A stretch of DNA of 62,300 nt from an uncultured bacterium (GTDB lineage: Bacteria; UBA8481), in NCBI GenBank assembly GCA_964499705.1, contig CAZCME010000001.1, positions 134,943 through 197,242 on the forward strand. The letters are read 5' to 3'. A program made the translations under genes and the position numbers. Below are positions 9,777 through 18,625 of this stretch, in pieces. Under the pieces are notes generated by a model, which saw nothing but the letters and a program-made list of their open reading frames with translations, made no database searches and was not told the DNA's origin. Position 1 is the stretch's first letter, and each line of letters starts with the position of its first letter.

Positions 9777-10382
9777 ATGTCACAGACCATCGCGGCGAAT
9801 GTCGCGCCGGGCAGAATGATTACGTCGACGAATCTCGACGGATCGATAAGCGAAACATGGGGAATTGAGTGTTCCGAGGAGAAATTGAAGGCGCTTGTGA
9901 AGGAACTCTTCGAGGAGCATTGGAACGAGATCGTCTTCGGACCGTGCGTTCAGGGAGCGGTTTTTGAGGGGCGGATGTTCGCGAAGCCGACCTTCAAATA
10001 TCTAGACGGCTACGCGACGGTCGAGATCGAAGGGAGCGAGGGCTGGCACTTTCATCTCTGCCTCGGTCCGCACAAGGGAACGAAAAACAGACCGACGCCG
10101 CCTGAGCTCGCCGCGTGGAGAAAGTGCACGCGCGCCGCGTTCTTCCGCGACACGGACATTTCGGGCAGGCCCGGCTCGTGGGGCCTGCGGTTCTGGAACG
10201 GCCGCGATGAGCAGATGATGACGGTCTTCTTCCCGGGCCCGTGGTATGACCGCGATGCCGGCAAGTTCCGCAAGGAGCCGGACTGGACGCAGCTCGATCT
10301 CTGGATGGCGCTGCGCGAGAAATACGCGGGTGTCCCGGCGGAAGGCCCGCTGGCATCAGCGGAGGCGCCAAGGATGCACTGA
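9777..10382 (+). CDS. Conserved hypothetical cytoplasmic protein, possibly HemS/HutX-like fold
   Basis: Strong RBS AAAGGAG; FGPCVQGAVFE, LDGYATV, WHFHLCLG, WGLRFWNGRDEQMMTVFF, PDW..LDLW. Confidence 0.7.
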   Translation: MSQTIAANVAPGRMITSTNLDGSISETWGIECSEEKLKALVKELFEEHWNEIVFGPCVQGAVFEGRMFAKPTFKYLDGYATVEIEGSEGWHFHLCLGPHKGTKNRPTPPELAAWRKCTRAAFFRDTDISGRPGSWGLRFWNGRDEQMMTVFFPGPWYDRDAGKFRKEPDWTQLDLWMALREKYAGVPAEGPLASAEAPRMH

Positions 10383-10682
10383 GCTTCGCGCGGGTGAAAC
10401 TCATGCTGCGGCAGGCGCGCGTTTTATCCCATTCCTGGTCCGTGCTTCGTTCGTTCGACTTCGTGCAAAGGTCTGTGCCCGAGGAGGACGTTGCGGATCA
10501 AGATAGCGCTGACTCTTGGCCGGAGAATCTGATATCGTGAACACGATTTGGGGAGACATGAGAGGGAACCATGTGATCGGGAACAGCGGGGGCGCGAGAG
10601 ACGCGAGAATGCGAGCCTGCGACGATATCGGGCGCGAGGATCGGGAAGCCGGGATTCGCGCGGCGATCATGCCGGTCAGTTC

Positions 10683-12272
10683 ATGACTCGAATTACATCC
10701 GGACGGTATGCTGTTCTCGCGCTGCTTCTGCATTTTGCATCCGCGGGATGCGGCGCATCTTCGCCGCCGCCTTCGCCGAACACGATTCCTCCACCGGGTC
10801 CATCCCGTGCGCAATCCTTGCCCCGCTCACAGATCGGCATGAACCTGTCCGGGATCGCAAGCTACTCGACCGCGTTTCCGTTCCTCGATCTTTTCAAGTC
10901 GTCGACGCCCTGGGTCTCGGGTCACGGAGACGTATGGGATGACAAGCGCCGCATTGACGTCGACGAGCACGGTTGGGTGAAATCGCTGGCTCCGGGGCAG
11001 ATCGTTTACACCTCTTTCATTGACTCCGGTGTGCGAGCTCCCGCCGGACAGTACATCGTCGAATATGAAGGCGAAGGCGAGATCGTCTATCAAGAGGGAG
11101 CGCGCCTGATCGAGCACGGGCCTGGGTCTGACGTGATCGAGGTCGATCCCATGCAGGGCAATTGCCTTCTCGCCATCGTTTCCGTAAATCCGCGGAATTC
11201 TCTGCGGAATATCCGGATTCGCCTTCCCGTCCGGGTGCCGATGAGCCAGACGTTCAATCCCGTCTTCCTGGATCGCATAAAAAAATTCAAGACGCTTCGC
11301 TTCATGTGCTCGATGCTGGGCGACAATCCGAAACAGATCGGCCAGCGGAAATGGAGCGAGCGGCCGCGGCTTTCCGATGCCCGATGGGGCGACAAGGGCA
11401 TGCCGATCGAGGTGATGGTCGAGCTCTCGAATCGCATCGGCGCCGATCCCTGGTTCAGTATCCCTCACGAGGCGGAAGACGACTACATCCGGCAATTCGC
11501 CGCGTATGTGCGCGACAACCTCGATTCGAATCTGAAAGCCTGCGTCGAGCATTCCAACGAGGTATGGAACAACATGTTTTCGGTCCACGCGTACGCGACC
11601 CGACGCGGCCTTGAGCTTGGACTATCAACGGATCCATGGGAGGCGCGGTTACGGTACCACGCCCGGCGATCCAGGGAGATCTTCGATATCTTCGAGGAGA
11701 TCATGGGGCGCGAACGGATCGTGCGCGTCCTCGCCGCACAGGAGGATGGTCCCGCCGAGGCGGAAGCGTTGCTCGCCTATGAGGACACCGCAAGGCACGT
11801 CGATGTTCTGGCCATTGGATCTTACTTCGGTTTCGAGCTTGGGCTGCCCGAAAATCAAGCGCGCGTCTCCAGGATGACGGTCGACGAACTATTCCGCGAA
11901 CTCGAGACTGTCTCGCTCCCGTCGACGATGGGGTATGTGCGCGAAAATGCCGCGATCGCCGCCCGGTACGGCATCCCGCTCGTGGCATACGAAGGCGGCC
12001 AGCATCTCTCGGCCGTGATGTTCGGCGTCGACGATCCCGCCATTGACGATCTCTTCGACCGGGCGAATCGTGACCCGCGCATGGGTAGGCTGTACACGAA
12101 GCTTTTCGAGGAGTGGAGCGCCGCATCCCGGGGAGGGCTCTTCCTGCACCTCAATGAATGCAACCCGTTGGGCCCGTACGGTCGCTGGGGGCTGCTGGAG
12201 TATATCGACCAGCCGCGGGAGGAAGCGCCGAAGTATGACGCGGTGATGAAGTGGATGGAAGCGGGACAGTGA
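10683..12272 (+). CDS. Lipoprotein, putative glycoside hydrolase ('cellulose-binding protein'-like, clan GH-A-type barrel)
   Basis: Lipobox-like SAGC; IGMNLSG, PFLDLFK, PWFSIPH, EHSNEVWN (acid/base-like NE), YEGGQH (nucleophile-like). Confidence 0.6.
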   Translation: MTRITSGRYAVLALLLHFASAGCGASSPPPSPNTIPPPGPSRAQSLPRSQIGMNLSGIASYSTAFPFLDLFKSSTPWVSGHGDVWDDKRRIDVDEHGWVKSLAPGQIVYTSFIDSGVRAPAGQYIVEYEGEGEIVYQEGARLIEHGPGSDVIEVDPMQGNCLLAIVSVNPRNSLRNIRIRLPVRVPMSQTFNPVFLDRIKKFKTLRFMCSMLGDNPKQIGQRKWSERPRLSDARWGDKGMPIEVMVELSNRIGADPWFSIPHEAEDDYIRQFAAYVRDNLDSNLKACVEHSNEVWNNMFSVHAYATRRGLELGLSTDPWEARLRYHARRSREIFDIFEEIMGRERIVRVLAAQEDGPAEAEALLAYEDTARHVDVLAIGSYFGFELGLPENQARVSRMTVDELFRELETVSLPSTMGYVRENAAIAARYGIPLVAYEGGQHLSAVMFGVDDPAIDDLFDRANRDPRMGRLYTKLFEEWSAASRGGLFLHLNECNPLGPYGRWGLLEYIDQPREEAPKYDAVMKWMEAGQ

Positions 12273-13612
12273 TGGCGCGACGCCTCTTTTTTGTCGCTAT
12301 CGTCGTTCTGGCGGCGTGCGGCGCGGCGTCAACTTCACCGACGACGCTGGAATCGGAAAAACCGGCCGCGTCGCAACCGTTTCTTATCGGAGCTTTCGTC
12401 GGCGCGAATGTTCACGATTGGGGCGATCTCGCCGGCATGGGATCGGATTCGATCTCGTGCATCCACGCTATCTGCGATGATCTTTCCAAGATGGGGATGA
12501 ATTCTGTCTGGGTGACTGGATTCGCGCCGTTTTATGCCGAGGAACCATTGATGGGAAGCTGGCTTGATGCGGGTCAGATACTGGGCCTGAAAATTGTCAT
12601 CGAGGGAAGCGGCGAGCCCTGGTGCATTCCTCGTCTGCCCGTTGAGCAGGCGGACGAGGTTCTCCTGAAGACCCGCGAGGAGATCGTCCCCGCGTGGCAG
12701 AGCATCGCGCGCACCTACGGGAAACATCCGGCCCTGTTGGCTTACAGCCCCGTCGAAGAGATCGGCGACAACATCGAGCTGGGAGAAAACCATACCGTCC
12801 GAGCGCTCGCGGAAGTCGGTCGAGGCATTGCGCGCATTGACACCGTGCATCCCACCGTGACGATTCATATCGCTTCGTGGCACAGCGTCGCCGTCGAGGA
12901 GGCCCGGCTGCGGAACATATCCTCAAGCCGCGGGGGACTCGGCGCCCTTGTTTTCGATCTCTATCTCTTCTCACATCCCATTCCGGAGTGGTCGGACGTC
13001 GTCGATCAGAAGCTCTCCGTCACACCCGAGGAGATCCCGTCGAAGTATCTCGATTTTCTCGAACGATATGTTGTGTTGGGAGAAGAGAGGGGGGAACCAG
13101 GCAAGCCCGTTCCCGTCTGGATCATGGCGCAGGCATACGGATCGAATTGGATTCGGAAAATCGATGGCAAGATCGTCTCAAAGCCGAATTCCCGATTTCC
13201 AAACGCCGCCGAGATGAGATTCCAGATTTGGGCCGCCGCGCTTGCGGGGGCGAAGGCTATCTACTTTTTTCAGTATCATTCCACGCCTCCGCCGTCCGAG
13301 GCGAACCAGGCCGAGTTGCCCGAATGGGAGGAAGGATTCGGAATCCGACGGCTCGATGGGTCTCCGACGGAGATGCACGAGAGCCTCGCCGCCGCGATTC
13401 GGAGCATCCGCCCGCATCTGGATTTGCTGGGACGCGTTCGAATCGACGGGCCGATGGAACGGGAGGGAAATATTCTTTCAAGGAAATTCCGCGACCCGGT
13501 TTCCGGTAAGCTCTACATAATTCACCTGAACAGCAGTCTGACAGAAAAGGCAACCGGGTCTATCGGCGCTCTCGCCGCCGGCGACGGCAGGATTGTGGAA
13601 ATCGGCCCCTGA
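12272..13612 (+). CDS. Lipoprotein, putative glycoside hydrolase-like TIM barrel
   Basis: Lipobox LAAC; HPALLAYSPVEE, PVWIMAQ, EMRFQIWAAALAGAKAIYFFQY; TGATG coupling to the previous gene. Confidence 0.5.
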   Translation: MARRLFFVAIVVLAACGAASTSPTTLESEKPAASQPFLIGAFVGANVHDWGDLAGMGSDSISCIHAICDDLSKMGMNSVWVTGFAPFYAEEPLMGSWLDAGQILGLKIVIEGSGEPWCIPRLPVEQADEVLLKTREEIVPAWQSIARTYGKHPALLAYSPVEEIGDNIELGENHTVRALAEVGRGIARIDTVHPTVTIHIASWHSVAVEEARLRNISSSRGGLGALVFDLYLFSHPIPEWSDVVDQKLSVTPEEIPSKYLDFLERYVVLGEERGEPGKPVPVWIMAQAYGSNWIRKIDGKIVSKPNSRFPNAAEMRFQIWAAALAGAKAIYFFQYHSTPPPSEANQAELPEWEEGFGIRRLDGSPTEMHESLAAAIRSIRPHLDLLGRVRIDGPMEREGNILSRKFRDPVSGKLYIIHLNSSLTEKATGSIGALAAGDGRIVEIGP

Positions 13613-13635
13613 ATTGAGGAGGGGAAATTTTCCCG

Positions 13636-13779
13636 TCAGCCCGCGATCCTGATCCGGATCAGCGTGATGAACAGGGATATTGCGGTCACCGGCACGCCGA
13701 TCCTCATGTGTTCCCGGAACGTTATGGTCACGCTGTGCTGCCGCGCCCGATAAAAGCGATCCCGGGCCGCCGAAAACAT
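13636..13779 (-). pseudogene. 47-aa remnant resembling the C-terminus of an ArsB/NhaD/SLC13 anion transporter
   Basis: Translates as MFSAARDRFYRARQHSVTITFREHMRIGVPVTAISLFITLIRIRIAG. The TITFREHMRIGVPVT segment is typical of the last helix of this family. Confidence 0.45.
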
Positions 13780-13823
13780 GAGTCTTTCCCTGGATAATAC
13801 TTACCTTATGGTAATAGATTCTC

Positions 13824-13851
13824 TTGACGCGTGGCGAGATCCATCTATCAT
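13824..13851 (+). promoter_or_regulatory. Putative sigma70 promoter of the porin gene
   Basis: TTGACG-N16-TATCAT, the same hexamers as the btu promoter; preceded by the palindrome TTACC-ttat-GGTAA (13801-13814). Confidence 0.55.
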
Positions 13852-13896
13852 GCCGCCAGTCCAGTGAAGAAACGAAGCGGTGAGGTGCGGGGTCGC

Positions 13897-15006
13897 ATGA
13901 AGACGAGGCCGGGTGCGCAGCGGTGGAGCTTCGCCTCGGCACTCATAGTCTCGTGCGCGATGGCGGCATCCGCCGCCGTGGAGATCGCCGGATTCATGGA
14001 CTACCGCTACGATGACGCGGAGAATACGGAAGGCCAGTTTCAGTTCAGGCCGGGCAACGGTGTGGAATTGAGCTTATCCTCGGAACTGTCTCCTCATGTC
14101 ACGGCTCAGGCCACGATCGTATCGGGCGGAGGCGGATTCACGCTCGGCCCGTCCTTCGTCGACTGGAATATCAAGGCGGCGGGAGAACATGACGTCCATG
14201 GTGCCATGGTGGACCATTCGGGTATCCAGGCAGGGCTTTTCGATGTTCCTTTCGGCATCGAATCCCGCTATTACTCGTCCGTGGATCGGCCGACCGTCTC
14301 CGCGCCGTTCCTGACGGCACGGCTCCTCGGTGGAGGTTGGACCGATTATGGTTTCCATGCGTATTTTTCGAACCAGTGTGGCGAAGAGGAGTGTCCGGGT
14401 CCGTTCACGCTCGACCTGTACGGAGTGACCGGGCTGCAGTGGAACGATGGGGCGGATGCGATCCTGGGTACGCTTGACGACGGTCTTGTCACTGTCCCGC
14501 TTACGGCTTTCAGTAATGGACGAACTCTCGGAGGGAGGTTCGGATTCTCCGTTACGGACGGTCTCGAGCTGGGCGGATCCTACGCGCGCGGGGATTACCA
14601 CGCCAACATCGGTGGTATGGACCCCGGGATGACGCTCACGGGATTGGATGTCACCTTGTCGCATGGTGCTCTGGCGGTGAGGGGCGAATACGCGACGTTC
14701 AGCGGCGAGATACCTGCCGGCCCGGACCGGGAGATCAAGACATGGTATATCGAAGCGACCTATGAATGGACGGATAGACTGACGCCTGTCATTCGCTATG
14801 ACGAAATCATGTTCGAATTCGATCGTGACGGTGACGGCCTCCGCAATGACGGGCTTAAAGCCTGGCTGGGCGGGATCAAATATGCGTTGACGGATAACCT
14901 GGCTCTTCGTGCCGAATATCAGATCTACCATTATCAAAAGCCCGGCTTCCAGGTATCCTCTGCCCGCGATCATGGGTTTCGTGCTTCCGCGGTGGCCGAG
15001 TTCTGA
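13897..15006 (+). CDS. Outer-membrane beta-barrel porin-like protein (OprO/OprP-like)
   Basis: Signal peptide, QAGLFDVPFGIE, GGRFG, WYIEATY, alternating beta strands, C-terminal Phe. Confidence 0.7.
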   Translation: MKTRPGAQRWSFASALIVSCAMAASAAVEIAGFMDYRYDDAENTEGQFQFRPGNGVELSLSSELSPHVTAQATIVSGGGGFTLGPSFVDWNIKAAGEHDVHGAMVDHSGIQAGLFDVPFGIESRYYSSVDRPTVSAPFLTARLLGGGWTDYGFHAYFSNQCGEEECPGPFTLDLYGVTGLQWNDGADAILGTLDDGLVTVPLTAFSNGRTLGGRFGFSVTDGLELGGSYARGDYHANIGGMDPGMTLTGLDVTLSHGALAVRGEYATFSGEIPAGPDREIKTWYIEATYEWTDRLTPVIRYDEIMFEFDRDGDGLRNDGLKAWLGGIKYALTDNLALRAEYQIYHYQKPGFQVSSARDHGFRASAVAEF

Positions 15007-15059
15007 TCCGGGAAGCAACGGAGATATTTCCTATACAACATCTCGAAGCCGTATAAACT

Positions 15060-15168
15060 TGATCCGTCTTCGGATCGGCAGGGGAAACCGGGTCATTCCC
15101 GGGCTGTGGCGCAACCGTGATTTCCGTCCATGCATGCGGGCGGGATAAGCCGGGACGCTCTGCTGACC
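15060..15168 (+). ncRNA. Short cobalamin riboswitch (class II / AdoCbl-variant type)
   Basis: GATCCG-tctt-CGGATC, then GGGGAAA-CCGGG-tcatt-CCCGG-GCTGTGGCGCAACCGTGA...AAGCCGGGACGC. It lacks the long peripheral domain and sits upstream of cbtB. Confidence 0.75.
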
Positions 15169-15215
15169 GCACTCTTTTTTGGGCCCTACGCTCTATGGGG
15201 CCGGAAGGAACATCG

Positions 15216-16301
15216 GTGCTCACACATCTTCCGCTTTGTCGTCCTGCCGCGCTTCTTGTTGCGCTCTGTGCCGTGCTGATGCTCTCGGCCGAAGCTCATG
15301 CGGTTCGTATCAACTTCACGACACAGCCCGAATGCAGCGAGATAGGACCCGACAATACGCTCGCCCGCTACACCCTCTCCGTCGTGGATGACGCGGGTGT
15401 GCCCGTCAGGGATGTCCGGCTGAAATACACGCTCCATGCTCCGCCGAAGAACGCATTCTTCAGCACCGATTTTCCCATCGTCGAAGGCACGCCCCTGATG
15501 GAAGCCGACGTCGTCGTTCCGGACGGATCGATGTCCTTCGACTACCTGACGCCCATCCGCGGCGAGTATCGCCTTGTCGTCGAAGCTCATTCGACTGCGG
15601 AAACCGCGGCGTTTGCTCCCGTGACCGATGAAATCAGATACAGGATCGCCGAAAATGCCGACGAGGTCCGGAACGGATTCCTGCTCTTCGCGCTTCTCTT
15701 CGGCATCGGCCTCACTTCCGGTTTCGTGATCGCGCGGCCTCGCTTCGCGCGGCCCGTGCTCGTCACCGCGTCGCTTCTCCTCCTTTTCTCGATGGGCTCC
15801 AGAGACGCCTGGGCGCACGGCCAGAAGCATGGCGCGACCCCCGCCGGCCCGGCGGGAGGCACGACGACGTCCGATTCCGTCGCGCTCTCCGTCGACTTCG
15901 AGCCTGACGGCGGGCGCGTGGGCGAGTTCGTCACGATCCGCGGCGACGTTCGCGACGCCGCGGGACAATCGCTTCCCGGCGCGAAGATCTCGATCCGGCT
16001 CCATCACATCGAGGACGACAAGACGATGTACGAGGGATCCTTCATCGCTCCCGGCGGGCGGTTCGAATGGAAAAATCAGTTCTTCGACGGAGCCGAGCAC
16101 AGGGTCTTTGTCACGGCGTCGCCGCTTGTGGACGGAGCCTTCACGCCGGTCACGTTCGAGTCCGTGATCGATGTCGAGGCGATCGATCCTCCGAATGCGA
16201 TCATCATCCGGACATGGATCTTCCTGGTCGGATTGACCGCCGCGGGCATGGCGTGCGGAACTTTCCTGGCGCGCATCGGCCGCTCGCCCCGCGCGGCATA
16301 A
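15216..16301 (+). CDS. Unknown membrane protein with two Ig-like extracytoplasmic domains and a His-containing linker; putative cobalt-uptake partner
   Basis: GGAAGGA RBS then GTG 15216. Signal peptide, STDFPIVEGT..PIRGEY domain, two TMs, AWAHGQKHG, second beta domain, C-terminal TM. Confidence 0.7.
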   Translation: MLTHLPLCRPAALLVALCAVLMLSAEAHAVRINFTTQPECSEIGPDNTLARYTLSVVDDAGVPVRDVRLKYTLHAPPKNAFFSTDFPIVEGTPLMEADVVVPDGSMSFDYLTPIRGEYRLVVEAHSTAETAAFAPVTDEIRYRIAENADEVRNGFLLFALLFGIGLTSGFVIARPRFARPVLVTASLLLLFSMGSRDAWAHGQKHGATPAGPAGGTTTSDSVALSVDFEPDGGRVGEFVTIRGDVRDAAGQSLPGAKISIRLHHIEDDKTMYEGSFIAPGGRFEWKNQFFDGAEHRVFVTASPLVDGAFTPVTFESVIDVEAIDPPNAIIIRTWIFLVGLTAAGMACGTFLARIGRSPRAA

Positions 16302-16311
16302 GGAGAATCTC

Positions 16312-16500
16312 ATGGCGCAACACAATACGGCGCATCAGCACGCGAAAAAATCGATCGCACTTTCGCTGACCGTTCAACTCGGGTTGGTGCTCGTCCTGGT
16401 CGGCGTCGTTGTCTACACTGTCCTCTTCACGACGTATCCGCCCGTTCACGACTTCTTTCACGAGATTCGCCACTCGCTCCTCATCATCCCATGTCATTAA
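16312..16500 (+). CDS. cbtB: CbtB-family probable cobalt transporter subunit
   Basis: 62 aa, one TM, C-terminal VHDFFHEIRHSLLIIPCH (CbtB His/PCH signature); AAGGAG RBS. Confidence 0.85.
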   Translation: MAQHNTAHQHAKKSIALSLTVQLGLVLVLVGVVVYTVLFTTYPPVHDFFHEIRHSLLIIPCH

Positions 16501-16502
16501 AT

Positions 16503-16625
16503 GGGGTCATTCTCCAACATTCCAACATTGGGGATAAAGAAGTTGCGATTTCAGTGAAAAAATCGGCATTTGACCAAGATCATTACTCCAATGTTCCCAA
16601 TGTTGGAATGTTGGAGAATGACCCC
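16503..16625. repeat. 123-bp element with perfect 30-bp terminal inverted repeats (MITE/REP-like), copy 1
   Basis: GGGGTCATTCTCCAACATTCCAACATTGGG (16503-16532) and its exact reverse complement (16596-16625). Confidence 0.9.
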
Positions 16626-16627
16626 CT

Positions 16628-18583
16628 GTGATCCGCCGTTTTCTTTTCGCCGGTTCCGCACGGCTTCTCATCTATGTCCACGCGCGGCGCAGTGTGGAGT
16701 CCGTTGCTCTTGGCATAAGAATTCTCCAGTCGCAACTTCTGCACGACCCCGGACGCAATATCGATCTTTTCCGGAGCTGCGCGGAATCTTCGGAGTGGAT
16801 TCTCCGTTTCACCGCGGCGCGGTGCGCCGGGGAGTGGCTCCCGTATCACTACGATGAAGCCTTTCGCATCATCCTCGTGCTGGCGCAGGACCAGGACGCT
16901 CGCGTCAGGGAGGGCGTCGGCACCGGGCTTGCGGCTCTCATCGAGCGGTCCTACGATGAATCCCAGCCCGTCGTGCAGGCGCTTCTTCGGCATCCCGCGG
17001 AGCGGGCGCGCGTCTCGCTGGCTCTGTCGCTCATTCCGCTCATGCGACGTCCCGCGGCGGCGATGCATTCCTATCGGCCGCTCCTCGATCAACTGCTGGA
17101 CGATTCTTCGCGAACCGTCCAGAGCGCGCTCGGGAATTTCGTCATCACGCGGACTCTGGCCGCCGTCGATCGCGCGGAAGCAATATCCCTCTTCCGGGAT
17201 GCGGTCGCCCTTCGCCGAAGACGGGCGGCGCTCGATCTTGCGGCAAAATCACTGAGGAAAGTGTATCCTTCCGACGGCACGCTCATGGATACCCTGAACG
17301 CCTACGAACGCATCGATCCGGCTGACGCGGATTTCAGGACGACGGCCGATCTCGCCGTGCCCGACCGTATCGTGGACCAGGTCATCGGCCAGGATCACGC
17401 GGTCGCATTGATTCGACGCGCGGCGATCCAGAAGCGGTCTGTCCTGATGATCGGCGAACCCGGCACCGGCAAGAGCATGCTCGGCGCGGCTCTCGCGGAG
17501 CTTCTGCCCGGCGAGGAATTGGAAGACGTGCTGGCGTGGCCGAACGACGACGATCGCAACACGCCGCGCATCGAGACCGTTCCGGCGGGTGAAGGCTTGC
17601 GGAAACGAGAGGAATCACGCGCGAGGCTTCGTCATCTCGATGTCTCCGTCAACTTCGTCTTCGGTGTCGCCTTCTGCTCGATCCTCACCGTCGGACTCTT
17701 CTATTTCTTCTCGCGGGAGAACATCAACTTTCTCTGGGGAACGCTCGCGGCTTTCGCGCTTCTCGCGGCGGCGCGGGGATACGTCCGGCGCCACGAGCGG
17801 ATCCCCGTCCCGAAAGTGCTCATCAACAACAGCGGCGGCAGCAAGGCGCCCTTCATCGAGGCGACCGGTTTTCATGCGGGCGGTCTCCTCGGCGACGTCC
17901 GGCACGATCCGTTCCAGTCCGGCGGCGTGGAAACGGCGCCGCATGAACTTCTTGAGATCGGAGCCATTCACCAGGCGCACAAGGGAGTTCTCTTCATCGA
18001 TGAAGTCGGCACGCTCGGCATCGAGTCGCAGCAGAGTCTCCTGACGGCGTTCCAGGAGAATAAGCTCGCGGTAACCGGGCGCAGTCCCGGTTCGAGCGGG
18101 ACGATGGTGCGGAGCCAGCCGATCCCGTGCGATTTCATCCTCGTCATCGCCGGGAATTTCGAAGATGTCGAGAAGATGCATCCCGCCCTCAGATCGCGCA
18201 TCCGCGGTTACGGCTACGAGATCGTCATGCGCACTTCCATGGAAGATTCGGCCGGGAATCGGCACAAGCTCGCGCGCTTCATCGCCGCCGAAATCCGCAA
18301 GGACGGCCGCATACCGCATTTCTCCAGGGACGCCGTGGATGCCGTCATCGCCGAAGCGCGTCTTCGTTCCGATGAACCCGGGAACTTGACGATCCGCCTG
18401 CGGGAACTTGGCGGGCTCATCCGCGCCGCCGGAGATCTCGCCGTGGAACGGGGGGATGCGCTGGTGGAACCGATGCATGTTCATCGGGGGCGGGAGGTCG
18501 TGAAGCCGGTGGAGGAACAGTTACGGGGCGAAAAGACTCCTCACGCGGAGGTCACAAGGATCGCGTTTCCCGCATCCGCGTAG
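16628..18583 (+). CDS. HEAT-repeat domain fused to an archaeal-type LonB membrane AAA+ ATPase module, no protease domain
   Basis: HEAT-like LAQDQDARVREGVG; DQVIGQDHAV, Walker A GEPGTGKS, two TMs inside the ATPase, GLLGDVRHDPFQSGG, Walker B VLFIDE, HPALRSRIRGYGYE, LRELGGLIRAAGD. The ORF ends before any Ser-Lys domain. Start uncertain. Confidence 0.85.
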   Translation: MIRRFLFAGSARLLIYVHARRSVESVALGIRILQSQLLHDPGRNIDLFRSCAESSEWILRFTAARCAGEWLPYHYDEAFRIILVLAQDQDARVREGVGTGLAALIERSYDESQPVVQALLRHPAERARVSLALSLIPLMRRPAAAMHSYRPLLDQLLDDSSRTVQSALGNFVITRTLAAVDRAEAISLFRDAVALRRRRAALDLAAKSLRKVYPSDGTLMDTLNAYERIDPADADFRTTADLAVPDRIVDQVIGQDHAVALIRRAAIQKRSVLMIGEPGTGKSMLGAALAELLPGEELEDVLAWPNDDDRNTPRIETVPAGEGLRKREESRARLRHLDVSVNFVFGVAFCSILTVGLFYFFSRENINFLWGTLAAFALLAAARGYVRRHERIPVPKVLINNSGGSKAPFIEATGFHAGGLLGDVRHDPFQSGGVETAPHELLEIGAIHQAHKGVLFIDEVGTLGIESQQSLLTAFQENKLAVTGRSPGSSGTMVRSQPIPCDFILVIAGNFEDVEKMHPALRSRIRGYGYEIVMRTSMEDSAGNRHKLARFIAAEIRKDGRIPHFSRDAVDAVIAEARLRSDEPGNLTIRLRELGGLIRAAGDLAVERGDALVEPMHVHRGREVVKPVEEQLRGEKTPHAEVTRIAFPASA

Positions 18584-18625
18584 TAGAATTAATCCGGCAG
18601 CGCGCTTTTATCAAGGGGGATTCGT

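Noticed and set aside
10383-10682. 300-bp gap after the btu operon as a small gene or RNA
   Set aside because: Only a 45-codon ORF without RBS or motifs; no convincing structure or terminator.
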